From assembly GCA_963701855.1 (NCBI GenBank), contig CAVPBK010000006.1, forward strand, positions 1,440,001 to 1,504,000: DNA of 64,000 nt, given 5' to 3'. The notes beneath the pieces are model-generated. The model worked only from the letters and a program-made list of their open reading frames with translations, searched no databases and was not told the origin of the DNA. This DNA comes from Nitrospirota bacterium (GTDB lineage: Bacteria > Nitrospirota > Nitrospiria > Nitrospirales > Nitrospiraceae). Shown one piece after another: positions 20,289-29,407 of this stretch (its first letter is position 1; every line of letters begins with the position of its first letter). A program made the position numbers and the translations under genes.

Positions 20289-21668
20289 ATGCCTTCACGA
20301 TTGATCACCCCGTCTCGCCCAAATAGTAAGAAAACCACCATCGGTTTTGTCAATCTAGGTTGTTCGAAAAACCAGGTCGATTCCGAAGTCATGCTAGGTG
20401 CCTTGGTGACGGACGGGTTTGCTTTGACCGATAACCCAAAGAAAGCCGAAGTGGTCATCATCAATACCTGCGGTTTCATCGAAGAGGCCAAGCAGGAATC
20501 GATCGATACGATCATTGCGCACGGCAAACTAAAAGAGACAGGATCCTGTCGGGTGTTAATTGCCGCCGGCTGTCTGGCGCAACGGTATCAAGGAGATCTC
20601 CTCAAGCAATTACCGGAACTTGACGGTGTGGTAGGGACCGGTGAGTTCGGAAAAATCGCGGAGATTTGCCGGAACCTGCTGGCGCCGAAGAAGCGGCAAC
20701 AACGGCTCTGGATCAGCGAGCCGCCCTATCTGTACGACGCAGACGCGCCGCGTCTCCGTCTCGGGAAGGCCCATAGCGCCTATGTGAAAATCGCCGAAGG
20801 CTGTAACCGGAATTGCGCCTTCTGCGCGATCCCCCTGATGCGAGGCAAGCAACGAAGCCGTCCGGTGGAATCGATCGTAGCCGAAGCCACTCGCCTCGCA
20901 GCTGAAGGCGTAAAGGAAATCAATCTTATTTCCCAGGACACGGTGAATTATGGCGTGGACCTTGGTGTCCGCCACGGCCTCGTCACACTGCTTCGCGAGC
21001 TGGTGAAGGTGAAAGACTTGCGCTGGATCAGGCCGTTCTATCTCTATCCGCAGCAGGTATCGGACGAGCTGTTAGATCTCTATGCAGGCGAAGAAAAGAT
21101 TACCAGATATATCGACATGCCGCTGCAACACATCAACGATCGGATGCTTAAGCGGATGCACCGACTGGGCGATCGCGCCGCCATTACTTCCCTTGTCGAT
21201 CGGATTAGGACGCGCATTCCCGGCGTCACGTTTCGCACGGCCTTCATCGTGGGGTTTCCTGGAGAGACGGAGCAGGCGTTCGACGAACTGAGAGGCTACG
21301 TGGAAGAGGCCGAGTTTGATCGGGTGGCGGTGTTTTTGTATTCGGACGAGGAGGACACGCCGGCCGTCGGGTTTGATGACAAGGTCGAGCGATCGGTCAT
21401 GGATGACCGACGGAATGAAATCTTAGCCGTACAAGAAGAGATTGCGGCGGCACGAGGCCAAACCCGTATTGGCTCTGTGATGGAGGTCTTGGTCGAAGGA
21501 GTCTCAGAAGAAACAGAGTTATTACTTGAAGGACGCCATGAAGGGCTGGCTCCGGAGATCGACGGGGTTGTGTATATCAACGATGGGTCGGCTACGGCAG
21601 GGGAACTCGTCAAGGTCGAGATCACCGATGCGGCATTGTATGATCTTGTAGGCCACATCGTCACTTAG
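20289..21668 (+). CDS. rimO: Ribosomal protein S12 methylthiotransferase
   Basis: LGCSKNQVDSE, NTCGFIEEAKQES, CNRNCAFC radical SAM motif, APEIDG, TRAM domain. Confidence 0.95.
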   Translation: MPSRLITPSRPNSKKTTIGFVNLGCSKNQVDSEVMLGALVTDGFALTDNPKKAEVVIINTCGFIEEAKQESIDTIIAHGKLKETGSCRVLIAAGCLAQRYQGDLLKQLPELDGVVGTGEFGKIAEICRNLLAPKKRQQRLWISEPPYLYDADAPRLRLGKAHSAYVKIAEGCNRNCAFCAIPLMRGKQRSRPVESIVAEATRLAAEGVKEINLISQDTVNYGVDLGVRHGLVTLLRELVKVKDLRWIRPFYLYPQQVSDELLDLYAGEEKITRYIDMPLQHINDRMLKRMHRLGDRAAITSLVDRIRTRIPGVTFRTAFIVGFPGETEQAFDELRGYVEEAEFDRVAVFLYSDEEDTPAVGFDDKVERSVMDDRRNEILAVQEEIAAARGQTRIGSVMEVLVEGVSEETELLLEGRHEGLAPEIDGVVYINDGSATAGELVKVEITDAALYDLVGHIVT

Positions 21669-21873
21669 CAGGATGCTGAAAAAGCTCGCGAGCTTCGTTC
21701 TCACATCGTTTGGGTCCTCAACGTACCCCAGAGGGTACGTCTCCGGGCCTTCACTCGCTGTGGCCTTGCTGGCGGACATTTTGAGCATCCTGCGTGATTT
21801 TCATCTGTTGTCCATGACCTGTAGGCCGTGGGAGGGGTTTCTGCATACCACACAATAATTTCCAGAACCGCCC
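21669..21873. mobile_element. MITE-like repeat (family A, GTACCC cargo) abutting the rimO stop
   Basis: TAG|CAGGATGCTGAAAAAG...TTTTGAGCATCCTG plus tail. Confidence 0.75.
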
Positions 21874-21949
21874 AGCGTCGGTTCTGCCGTGATCGCTACC
21901 TGTCTGCTACACTTCAGAAAGTTCCTTTCATCGGAAAGATAGGCCCACG

Positions 21950-22813
21950 ATGGCACACCGAAACGAATCTGTCGTTCTCCTGATCCATTGTAAGGATCGC
22001 AGGGGTATTGTGGCCCGTGTTTCAGGCTTCATTCACGACTTCGGTGGGAATATTCTCGATTCGGATCATCATACAGATGAAGAGACGAACGAATTTCTCA
22101 TGCGCATGGAGTTTGCCGCCGAGGGTTTGCAGATTCCACCCGATGAGATTGCGACCGCCTTCGCTCCAGTTGCCAAGACCTTCGAGATGCGTTACGAGGT
22201 TCGCTCTTCAAGCCGCCGAACGCGGGTTGCGATGTTGGTCTCAAGACAGGATCACTGCCTGGCGGATCTGCTCCAACGGCACAAACGCGACGAGTTGCAC
22301 ATCGATATCCCCGTGATTATTTCCAATCACGATACCTGTGCCGTCTGGGCCGAACTATTCCAGATTCCCTTCTCCATCTGTCCCGTAACCAAGGAGACCA
22401 AGCCGCAGCAGGAACAGCAAGTCCTCACCCTGCTGAGGGACCAGCGAATCGAGCTCGTGGTCATGGCCCGGTACATGCAAATTCTTAGCGGCACCTTTCT
22501 GTCACAGGCCGGCTGTCCAGTCATCAATATCCATCACTCCTTTCTCCCCGCATTCATCGGCGCCAATCCCTATCGGCAGGCCTATGACCGGGGCGTGAAA
22601 ATCATCGGAGCGACAGCGCACTATGCCACGGAGGATCTGGACGAAGGTCCGATCATCGAGCAAGACGTCATGCGTGTGGGCCACCGGGATACGGTCGATG
22701 ATCTGGTGAGGAAGGGACGGGACCTGGAGGAAATTGTGCTGGCCCGCGCCGTGCGCCGCCATGTTGAACGACGGGTGCTGGTGTATGGCAGAAAAACCGT
22801 GGTGTTCGATTAG
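21950..22813 (+). CDS. purU: Formyltetrahydrofolate deformylase
   Basis: ACT domain, ARYMQILS, INIHHSFLPAFIGANPYRQA, LDEGPIIEQ. Confidence 0.95.
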   Translation: MAHRNESVVLLIHCKDRRGIVARVSGFIHDFGGNILDSDHHTDEETNEFLMRMEFAAEGLQIPPDEIATAFAPVAKTFEMRYEVRSSSRRTRVAMLVSRQDHCLADLLQRHKRDELHIDIPVIISNHDTCAVWAELFQIPFSICPVTKETKPQQEQQVLTLLRDQRIELVVMARYMQILSGTFLSQAGCPVINIHHSFLPAFIGANPYRQAYDRGVKIIGATAHYATEDLDEGPIIEQDVMRVGHRDTVDDLVRKGRDLEEIVLARAVRRHVERRVLVYGRKTVVFD

Positions 22814-23035
22814 CCGGAAGCCCCAAAAGTCCGCCAGTACGAAGAAGGTTGAGGCTAAGGTTGAGATAAAGAGAGTCTGATCTTTGATCAACCTTGACCT
22901 CAACCTCAGCCTACCCTTTCGCTGCGGCCTTGCTGGACGAACTTTTTGAGCATCCGGCTGGGTCTATACCTATTATCCTAGACGTGCAGACCATTGAAAT
23001 TCCTGCGTACCCACAGAGTCTTTCCGCCGCCTGCG
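22814..23035. mobile_element. MITE-like repeat (family A, hexamer-hairpin cargo) abutting the purU stop
   Basis: AAAAGTCCGCCAGTACGAAGAAGGTTGAGGCTAAGG...CTCAACCTCAGCC...CTTTTTGAGCATCC; near-identical inverted copy at 42930-43044. Confidence 0.75.
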
Positions 23036-23239
23036 TCTAACCCCATATGCGCTTCCATGCTAGATCTCGACGCCAGAGCGTGAATGTTGCTTTCGGGGCA
23101 TTCATGCTAATACAACGAACCAGCGAGGATACTTGGCGAAAGAGGTAGAAATTTGTCCCAAGAAAGATGACGTTGCCCTGTTGGTCGTCATCTCTCTTGG
23201 GTACAACTCCACGCAAACTCCGGCCGGCTAAACCAAAAC

Positions 23240-23719
23240 CTAACGGTCCGCTACTCCGGGAGCGAGGACGAGATTGACAGGAATCTTTTCCGCTAATGTG
23301 TAGGGGCTCGCCTTATTTTCCTTCACCCACCGCTTCTCAGCGACAGACTCAAAAGGTGGAGCCAGTTCCCCTTGAAGAGACCACAGATCGACCGGTGTCT
23401 CGTCAACGGAAATCTCCCAATCATAGCCCCTGTCCTTGATGTAGGGAGCAATGACGGCATCAAGTGTCCTAATCCACCATTCTCTGAGGATCGGGCCAGG
23501 TAGCGTCCTCGCAATGTGGTCGATCTTAAACCGAACAAATTTGTTATGCAGCTCGCCACCGACAAAGCAGGAGTCCTTGGCTATCTCCTCAAAAATGAAC
23601 ACGACATAGAACTTAGGAATCGGGATGCTCGCATACACCTCCGTCACCCTCTTGGCCAGCGCCTTTTTGTCTTCGGCAGAAAACGCTCCGACTGGATGAT
23701 AAACTTTCCATAACGGCAT
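23240..23719 (-). CDS. Tautomerase superfamily protein (Pro-1)
   Basis: Starts M-P-L-W after GAGGAGG; YHP..AFSAEDKKALA..VT..Y...IPKFYV pattern of beta-alpha-beta tautomerases. Confidence 0.75.
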   Translation of the reverse strand: MPLWKVYHPVGAFSAEDKKALAKRVTEVYASIPIPKFYVVFIFEEIAKDSCFVGGELHNKFVRFKIDHIARTLPGPILREWWIRTLDAVIAPYIKDRGYDWEISVDETPVDLWSLQGELAPPFESVAEKRWVKENKASPYTLAEKIPVNLVLAPGVADR

Positions 23720-24013
23720 ATTGTGTCCCTCCTCATTGGTTCGGCATTTGCTGTTTTGTGTTTGTCTGCACAATGGAGACCCATGGTCTTGTCCATCTCC
23801 GAATAGACCATGTCGGCTCTTTGGGGCTAATGATTCATCAGTCAGTCCTCCTTTCTTATCAGAACGCCGAATTGTCTTGAGTCATGTCGTTGCCAGGCAA
23901 AGCGCAAGGTGACTTGAACAACCTTGCAGCAAAAGGACTTAAGCAGGGAGTGCCACAGGCGCATTCACATTGATGGAGCTTCAACAGATTACAAATCCTT
24001 CCTGGTTCGAATG

Positions 24014-24086
24014 TGCAATTCTGTCACTTGCATTTCGAAAGTCATAGTAGTCCACATACTTGTGAAATGCAAGTGACAGAATTGCA
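24014..24086. promoter_or_regulatory. Perfect 23-bp inverted repeat containing two ACTT-N9-AAGT boxes (probable HxlR operator)
   Basis: TGCAATTCTGTCACTTGCATTTC-N27-GAAATGCAAGTGACAGAATTGCA between divergent tautomerase and regulator genes. Confidence 0.7.
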
Positions 24087-24165
24087 TTATTTGCTGTAAC
24101 CCGGTAGTTCTAAATGGGTAAGATGATGGGTAATGTTGGGCGATGGTGAGCAGATGGGTGGCAAA

Positions 24166-24510
24166 ATGAAATTTAAGCGATCATCTTGTCCGATCACGAA
24201 TGTATTGGATACTCTCGGGGATAAATGGACGTTGTTGGTTATTCGCGATCTGGTCTTGGGCAAGAGACGATATCAGGAGTTCACGTCCTCTCCGGAAAAA
24301 ATCGCTTCAAACATCCTTGCGGATAGACTCAAGAAGCTGGAGACGGGTGGCCTTGTGACCCGGTATGCATACCAACGGAACCCCGTTCGCTATGAATACC
24401 TTCTCACAGAAAAAGGCGAGGGCCTAAAGCCGGTATTGGAAGCAATCATCGTATGGGGGAAAAAGCACTACCCGGGCACAAAGAGATTCCCTCGCATCGA
24501 GCAACGTTAA
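24166..24510 (+). CDS. HxlR/MarR-DUF24 family transcriptional regulator
   Basis: RSSCPI...LGDKWTLLVIRDL...ILADRLKKL...YEYLLTEKG. Confidence 0.9.
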   Translation: MKFKRSSCPITNVLDTLGDKWTLLVIRDLVLGKRRYQEFTSSPEKIASNILADRLKKLETGGLVTRYAYQRNPVRYEYLLTEKGEGLKPVLEAIIVWGKKHYPGTKRFPRIEQR

Positions 24511-24708
24511 CTCCATGGTTCATGAGGTTCGCGGCCAAATCCTCTGAAAGTGCATTTCCTGCAACGCCTATCGTGTGTTTTCGAGCAAGGTTCAATGCGT
24601 GGCTCATGCTGCTCATCGAACATTTAATTTTTAGCATGACGGCTACTGTTGCCTCTGGCCTCCCACCTCTCGCCAAAATATCGGCGACGACGGCAGACGT
24701 GCCGCGAA

Positions 24709-26142
24709 TCATGCGGATTTGGAAGGGGCTAGAACTCTTTTCGTCGGCACTGGGGCCAGCGGCAGTATCGCTGTAAAAGTCGAACCTTCGCCGACCTTGC
24801 TCTGGACCTCGATGCGCCCGCGATGGGATTCGACAATCCAAGCGCAGATGGCTAGCCCTAGGCCCGTGCCCTTTTTGGTATGGGCTCGCGCGTTATCAGT
24901 ACGATAGAACCGGTCGAAGATCCTGGACTGATCCTCTTGTGCGATCCCGATGCCGTGATCGGTCACGGCCACTCGTGCGTGAGTCTGGTCAAGTGTCAGC
25001 GCGATATCGACGATTCCACCGGGGCGAGAGTATTTGACTGCGTTATCGAGAAGGTTCAGGAACAGTTCGCGTAAACGTAGTTCATCTCCCAATATCATTG
25101 CCGGCGCGGTGGCTCGTAGCACGACCTGAATGTCCCGTTCCTGCCCCAAAAACAAGGCTTGCCGGTGGAGGTCCTCGACAAGCGTGTCCAATGGGATCGG
25201 CAGACGTTCCATCTTCACCTCGCCCATGTCGGCTCGGGAGAGAAAAAGCAACTCATCTACAATGCGCGTCATCCGGTCGATCTCTTCGAGATTGCTCTCC
25301 AGGACGATTTTGTAGTCGTCGGTTTCGCGAGGGCGTCGGAGCGCGAGTTCGGTTTCCCCTTTCATGACCGTCAACGGTGTACGCAGTTCGTGCGAGGCAT
25401 CGCTGCTGAACTGGCGGATCTGCCGGAAGGAGGTTTCAAGCCGGTCGATCATGTCATTAAACGTATTAGTCAGACGGCCGATTTCGTCGGCCGAGGCCGG
25501 TACAGTCAGTCGTTGTGTGAGATCGCCTCCGGCAATGCGTTGGGCAGCCAGCGTGATCGCATCGACCGGGCGCAAGGCTCGGCCGGCCATGAACCAGCCG
25601 CCGGCCAGCGACACGGCCAGCGCGATGGGGATACTGACTAGCAGTACGAGCAGGAGACGGTTCAGGGTCTGCTCGACGGAATCCATTGAAGTGCCGACCT
25701 GGATGATGTAGAGCAGGTTGCCTCGATAGATAATGGGAACTGAAATGAGGCGTAATGGCGGCTCCTTAGGATATTTTGCGAATTCGAGGAGCCTTCGGCC
25801 TGTGTAAGCGATTTCCAAGGCCTGGCGACTCAGAGGCATCTCATGCTGTTTCATGTTCGGCGAGCGAATGGTAATGGTGCCGGAAGGGCTGAAGATCTGA
25901 AAGAACTTATCGATGCGCGCCAATTCCGGGAACTGCGACATGAGTTCGTCTTCATCGATCAGGGGAAGAAACCCACGTTCTTCCAGCGACCGAACGGCTG
26001 CCTCAGCGGTTTCCTCCAGCGATTCATCGACCGCCTCGCGGAGGCTTCGAGCCGTCACCACGTAGAGGATGGTTGAAAAGATGATGAGGATGAGCGCGAG
26101 AGCGGTGCCGTACCAGAGCGTGAGCCGGAGGCGAAGCGGCAT
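24709..26142 (-). CDS. Sensor histidine kinase (HAMP-HisKA-HATPase, CusS-like)
   Basis: Two TM segments, DASHELRTPL, NLLDNAVKY, DHGIGI, GTGLGL; TGATG coupling to the regulator. Confidence 0.92.
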   Translation of the reverse strand: MPLRLRLTLWYGTALALILIIFSTILYVVTARSLREAVDESLEETAEAAVRSLEERGFLPLIDEDELMSQFPELARIDKFFQIFSPSGTITIRSPNMKQHEMPLSRQALEIAYTGRRLLEFAKYPKEPPLRLISVPIIYRGNLLYIIQVGTSMDSVEQTLNRLLLVLLVSIPIALAVSLAGGWFMAGRALRPVDAITLAAQRIAGGDLTQRLTVPASADEIGRLTNTFNDMIDRLETSFRQIRQFSSDASHELRTPLTVMKGETELALRRPRETDDYKIVLESNLEEIDRMTRIVDELLFLSRADMGEVKMERLPIPLDTLVEDLHRQALFLGQERDIQVVLRATAPAMILGDELRLRELFLNLLDNAVKYSRPGGIVDIALTLDQTHARVAVTDHGIGIAQEDQSRIFDRFYRTDNARAHTKKGTGLGLAICAWIVESHRGRIEVQSKVGEGSTFTAILPLAPVPTKRVLAPSKSA

Positions 26143-26813
26143 CAGTCGACCTTCAGCATGTATCCGCTTCCGCGAATCGTGTGAATCAGCTTCTTTGAGC
26201 GTCCCCGGTCGATCTTGTTGCGGAGATAATTCACGTAGACATCGATGACATTGGTAAAGGTGTCGAAGTCCTGGGCCCACACATGTTCTGAGATCATAGG
26301 CCGGGTCAGTACGCGTCCTGTATGGCGCATCAGATATTCGAGCAGGGCATATTCCTTCAAGGTGAGGTCGATCCGCTGTCCGCCCCTGGTCACTTCGCGC
26401 GTGGCCGGGTTCAAGGCCAGATCGTCGATCTGGAGCACGCCGGGGCTTTCAGTGGAGCCGCGGCGGAGCAGGGCGCGAATGCGGGCGAGTAGTTCGTCGA
26501 TGGCGAAGGGCTTGGTGAGGTAATCATCCGCCCCTGCGTCGAGACCTTTCACGCGTTGGTCTACCTGCGATTGGGCAGTCAGAATCAGAATGGGGGTGCG
26601 AATCCCTGCCTGGCGGACGCCCTTGAGAATTTCCAATCCGGGCAATGACGGCAGCATCAAGTCGACGATCAGTAAATCGTAGTTGGTAATGAGGGCCATC
26701 TGAAGGCCTTGCGCGCCGTCTTCACAGAGGTCGACGGCGTAGCTCTCTTCTTCAAGCGCGCGCCTGATGAAACAGCCGACCTTGGTTTCGTCTTCAATGA
26801 CCAGGATACGCAT
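26142..26813 (-). CDS. OmpR-family response regulator (CusR-like)
   Basis: ILVIEDE, DLMLP, GADDYLTKPF, TNVIDVYVNYLRNKID, IHTIRGSGY. Confidence 0.93.
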   Translation of the reverse strand: MRILVIEDETKVGCFIRRALEEESYAVDLCEDGAQGLQMALITNYDLLIVDLMLPSLPGLEILKGVRQAGIRTPILILTAQSQVDQRVKGLDAGADDYLTKPFAIDELLARIRALLRRGSTESPGVLQIDDLALNPATREVTRGGQRIDLTLKEYALLEYLMRHTGRVLTRPMISEHVWAQDFDTFTNVIDVYVNYLRNKIDRGRSKKLIHTIRGSGYMLKVD

Positions 26814-26860
26814 AGTTGTCGATGGGGATTATAGCAAACCTCTGCCTATAATTTGTCTAG

Positions 26861-26973
26861 CAGGATGCGGGGAAAATCCGACAGCGGAAGAAGGCTGTTA
26901 CCCGGTTTGTCTCGTTTGTTTGGTTAAACAAGACCAATGAGATGAACAAAACAAACCAGACAAGCCAGATAGA
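26861..26973. repeat. Family A half-element with 9-mer cargo, left of sdhA
   Basis: CTAG|CAGGATGCGGGGAAAATCCG...ACAAGACCAATGAGATGAACAAAACAAACCAG. Confidence 0.7.
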
Positions 26974-26989
26974 GCAAACAACAGTCTTC

Positions 26990-28666
26990 TTATGTCGGCG
27001 GGAAGCGCGTGACCGTCACAGGCTCATAGGTCAAGGCCGTTCCCTCGGAGGTCCGGCGGATGAGGCTATGTCTCAACCAATACCGATCATCGCGGACAGG
27101 GTAGTCCGACCGGTAATGAGCCCCACGGCTTTCCTTCCTGGCGAGGGCGCTGGCGACGATGGTTTCTGCGACATCGAGGAGAGACTGCAGCTCGAAGGCT
27201 TGCACGAGATCCGTATTAAATACTCGCCCTTTGTCCTGCACCGAGACGGAGGTGGCGCGATGGGTCAGTGCCGTGAGGGCCGAGAGCGCAGCAGACATGG
27301 ATTCGTGCGTCCGAACGAGGCCAAGGTTGAGGCTCATCAACTGGCCGAGCTCTTCCCGAACCTGCCACGCTCGGACCGGCCCCTCCTGTGACAGCAGGCG
27401 CTGAATGCGATGTTGCTCGGTTGCGAGCTGGTCTATTGTGAGTGCCTTTGGCGCGACGGTTCGAGCGTACTCTTCGGCTCGAATCCCGGCGCGCCGGCCG
27501 AACACAATCGTTTCAAGGAGTGAATTGCCTCCGAGCCGATTGGCGCCGTGCACACTGACGCAGGCGCATTCACCGGCCGCGTAAAGGCCGGCGATGCCTG
27601 TTTCAGTCCATTGATTGGTCCGGACACCGCCCATCTGATAGTGCGCGCCGGGACGGACAGGAATGGGCGTTTCGATGGGATCAAGACCGGCAAACTCAAT
27701 AGCGAGTTCTCTAATCTGAGGGAGCCGTTCAAGAATGCGCTGGCGTCCAAGGTGCCGCAAGTCCAGCAACACGCACCCGTCAACCCCGCGGCCTTCGAGG
27801 ATCTCTTGCCCGATGGCCAATGAGACAGTGGAGCGAGTGGCCAGCTCCATCTGCTGCGGGGCATAGGTTTTCATAAACCGTTCGCCCAACGTATTCAGGA
27901 GATAGGCTCCTTCTCCGCGAGCCCCTTCGGTAATGAGGATACCCGTGCCCTTGAGTGTGGTGGGATGGAACTGGACAAATTCCATGTCCGCCAGCGGAGC
28001 CCCGGCACGATACGCGAGTGCCATGCCGTCACCGGTATTGATCACGGCATTTGTACTCGTCAGGAAGACGCGCCCGCTGCCTCCCGTGGCTAAGATGACG
28101 GCTTTAGCCCCGATTGCGTGTAACCCTCCATGGATCAGATCCCACGCCACAACTCCTCGACAAACGCCGTCTTCCATAATCAATGTTGTGACATACCATT
28201 CTTCGTACACGTCGATGCGCCGCTTGAGCAGCTGTTCGTACATGGCGTGGAGGATGGCATGGCCGGTACGGTCGGCGGCATAACAGGTACGGGGAAAGCC
28301 CGCTCCGCCGAACGGACGTTGGGCTATCCGTCCCTGGTCGTTGCGACTGAAGATGACCCCCAGCCGTTCTAATTCGTGAATGTCGCCAGGCGCTTCGCGG
28401 CACATCGTCTCGATGGCATCCTGATCGCCGAGGTAGAGCCCGCCCTTCGCGGTGTCGAAGGCATGGGCTTCCCAGGAATCGTGCTCACCCAGTGCCGCGT
28501 TGATGCCCCCTTGCGCAGCCACAGAGTGACTGCGAACCGGATGTACCTTGGATATGACGGCGACGTCGAGATCCGGCGAGGCAGCAACCGCCGCTCTCAT
28601 CCCTGCCAGACCAGCTCCGATGATAAGAATGTCGTGTAGTTTCACAGCTCCCTGGGTATCTGTCAT
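26990..28666 (-). CDS. sdhA: Succinate dehydrogenase/fumarate reductase flavoprotein subunit
   Basis: [16 protein letters not shown] (covalent-FAD His), [36 protein letters not shown]; no sdhB/C adjacent. Confidence 0.88.
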   Translation of the reverse strand: MTDTQGAVKLHDILIIGAGLAGMRAAVAASPDLDVAVISKVHPVRSHSVAAQGGINAALGEHDSWEAHAFDTAKGGLYLGDQDAIETMCREAPGDIHELERLGVIFSRNDQGRIAQRPFGGAGFPRTCYAADRTGHAILHAMYEQLLKRRIDVYEEWYVTTLIMEDGVCRGVVAWDLIHGGLHAIGAKAVILATGGSGRVFLTSTNAVINTGDGMALAYRAGAPLADMEFVQFHPTTLKGTGILITEGARGEGAYLLNTLGERFMKTYAPQQMELATRSTVSLAIGQEILEGRGVDGCVLLDLRHLGRQRILERLPQIRELAIEFAGLDPIETPIPVRPGAHYQMGGVRTNQWTETGIAGLYAAGECACVSVHGANRLGGNSLLETIVFGRRAGIRAEEYARTVAPKALTIDQLATEQHRIQRLLSQEGPVRAWQVREELGQLMSLNLGLVRTHESMSAALSALTALTHRATSVSVQDKGRVFNTDLVQAFELQSLLDVAETIVASALARKESRGAHYRSDYPVRDDRYWLRHSLIRRTSEGTALTYEPVTVTRFPPT

Positions 28667-28787
28667 TCTATCTAGTTCAGCTGGTTTGTTTTGTTCATCT
28701 CATTGGTCTTGTTAACCAGGCAAACGAGACAAACCAAATAAACCAAGAAACAATCTTCTTCCGCTGGCGGACTTTTTCAGCATCCTG
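28667..28787. repeat. Family A half-element with 9-mer cargo, right of sdhA (inverted copy of 26861-26973)
   Basis: CTGGTTTGTTTTGTTCATCTCATTGGTCTTGT...GGCGGACTTTTTCAGCATCCTG|CTAG. Confidence 0.75.
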
Positions 28788-28836
28788 CTAGATTGTCTGC
28801 ACTCATACGTGACTCTCAGTCTGAAGGCAAGTCCCG

Positions 28837-29281
28837 CAGGCCTGAGAGAAATTCTGTGTATACACCGAAATTTCATTGGTCTATACGTCTGGGATAACAG
28901 GAGCGCAGCACGCAGGATGCTCAAAATGACCAGACTTCTCACCAGCCCAACCCTGGCGACTACTTCACCCTCCTGTCCTGAGTCTGCCAAGACAGCCTCT
29001 TTGTCTAAGGACGCGCCTTGTCCCAAGCAAGGCCGCAGCGAACTATCACTTTCATAAGGGGTGGGCGAGCGAGCGAGGGCCTTTCTGATTTCCCAACTTC
29101 CCCAGAGGGAGCAGGCAGATTGTTCTTTACTGCGCGCATCGAGCGAACACTGCTTTATCGTGGGGGCTCTGCGAGCAAAAAGAACGGTCTGCCTGCTCCC
29201 TCACATCCTTCTGAGGCCGCGCGTTGCCTGAGCGCAAGGGGATCGTCCCGGCTACCCTGTCCCCTCTTTTTCAGTATCCTG
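28837..29281. mobile_element. MITE-like repeat (family A, composite long cargo)
   Basis: Inner CAGGATGCTCAAAA, AGCAAGGCCGCAGCGA, long cargo, end TTTTTCAGTATCCTG|CTAG. Confidence 0.75.
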
Positions 29282-29407
29282 CTAGAAGCTCTCACGTGAC
29301 TCTTGGAGAACAGGGGGTAGGCATGGTATTCTCCGAACCGCACGTGAGTCAGCCGGCACATCGGGGCTCTCAACGACCAGATATATCCAAAGGACAAGAC
29401 AAACGCC

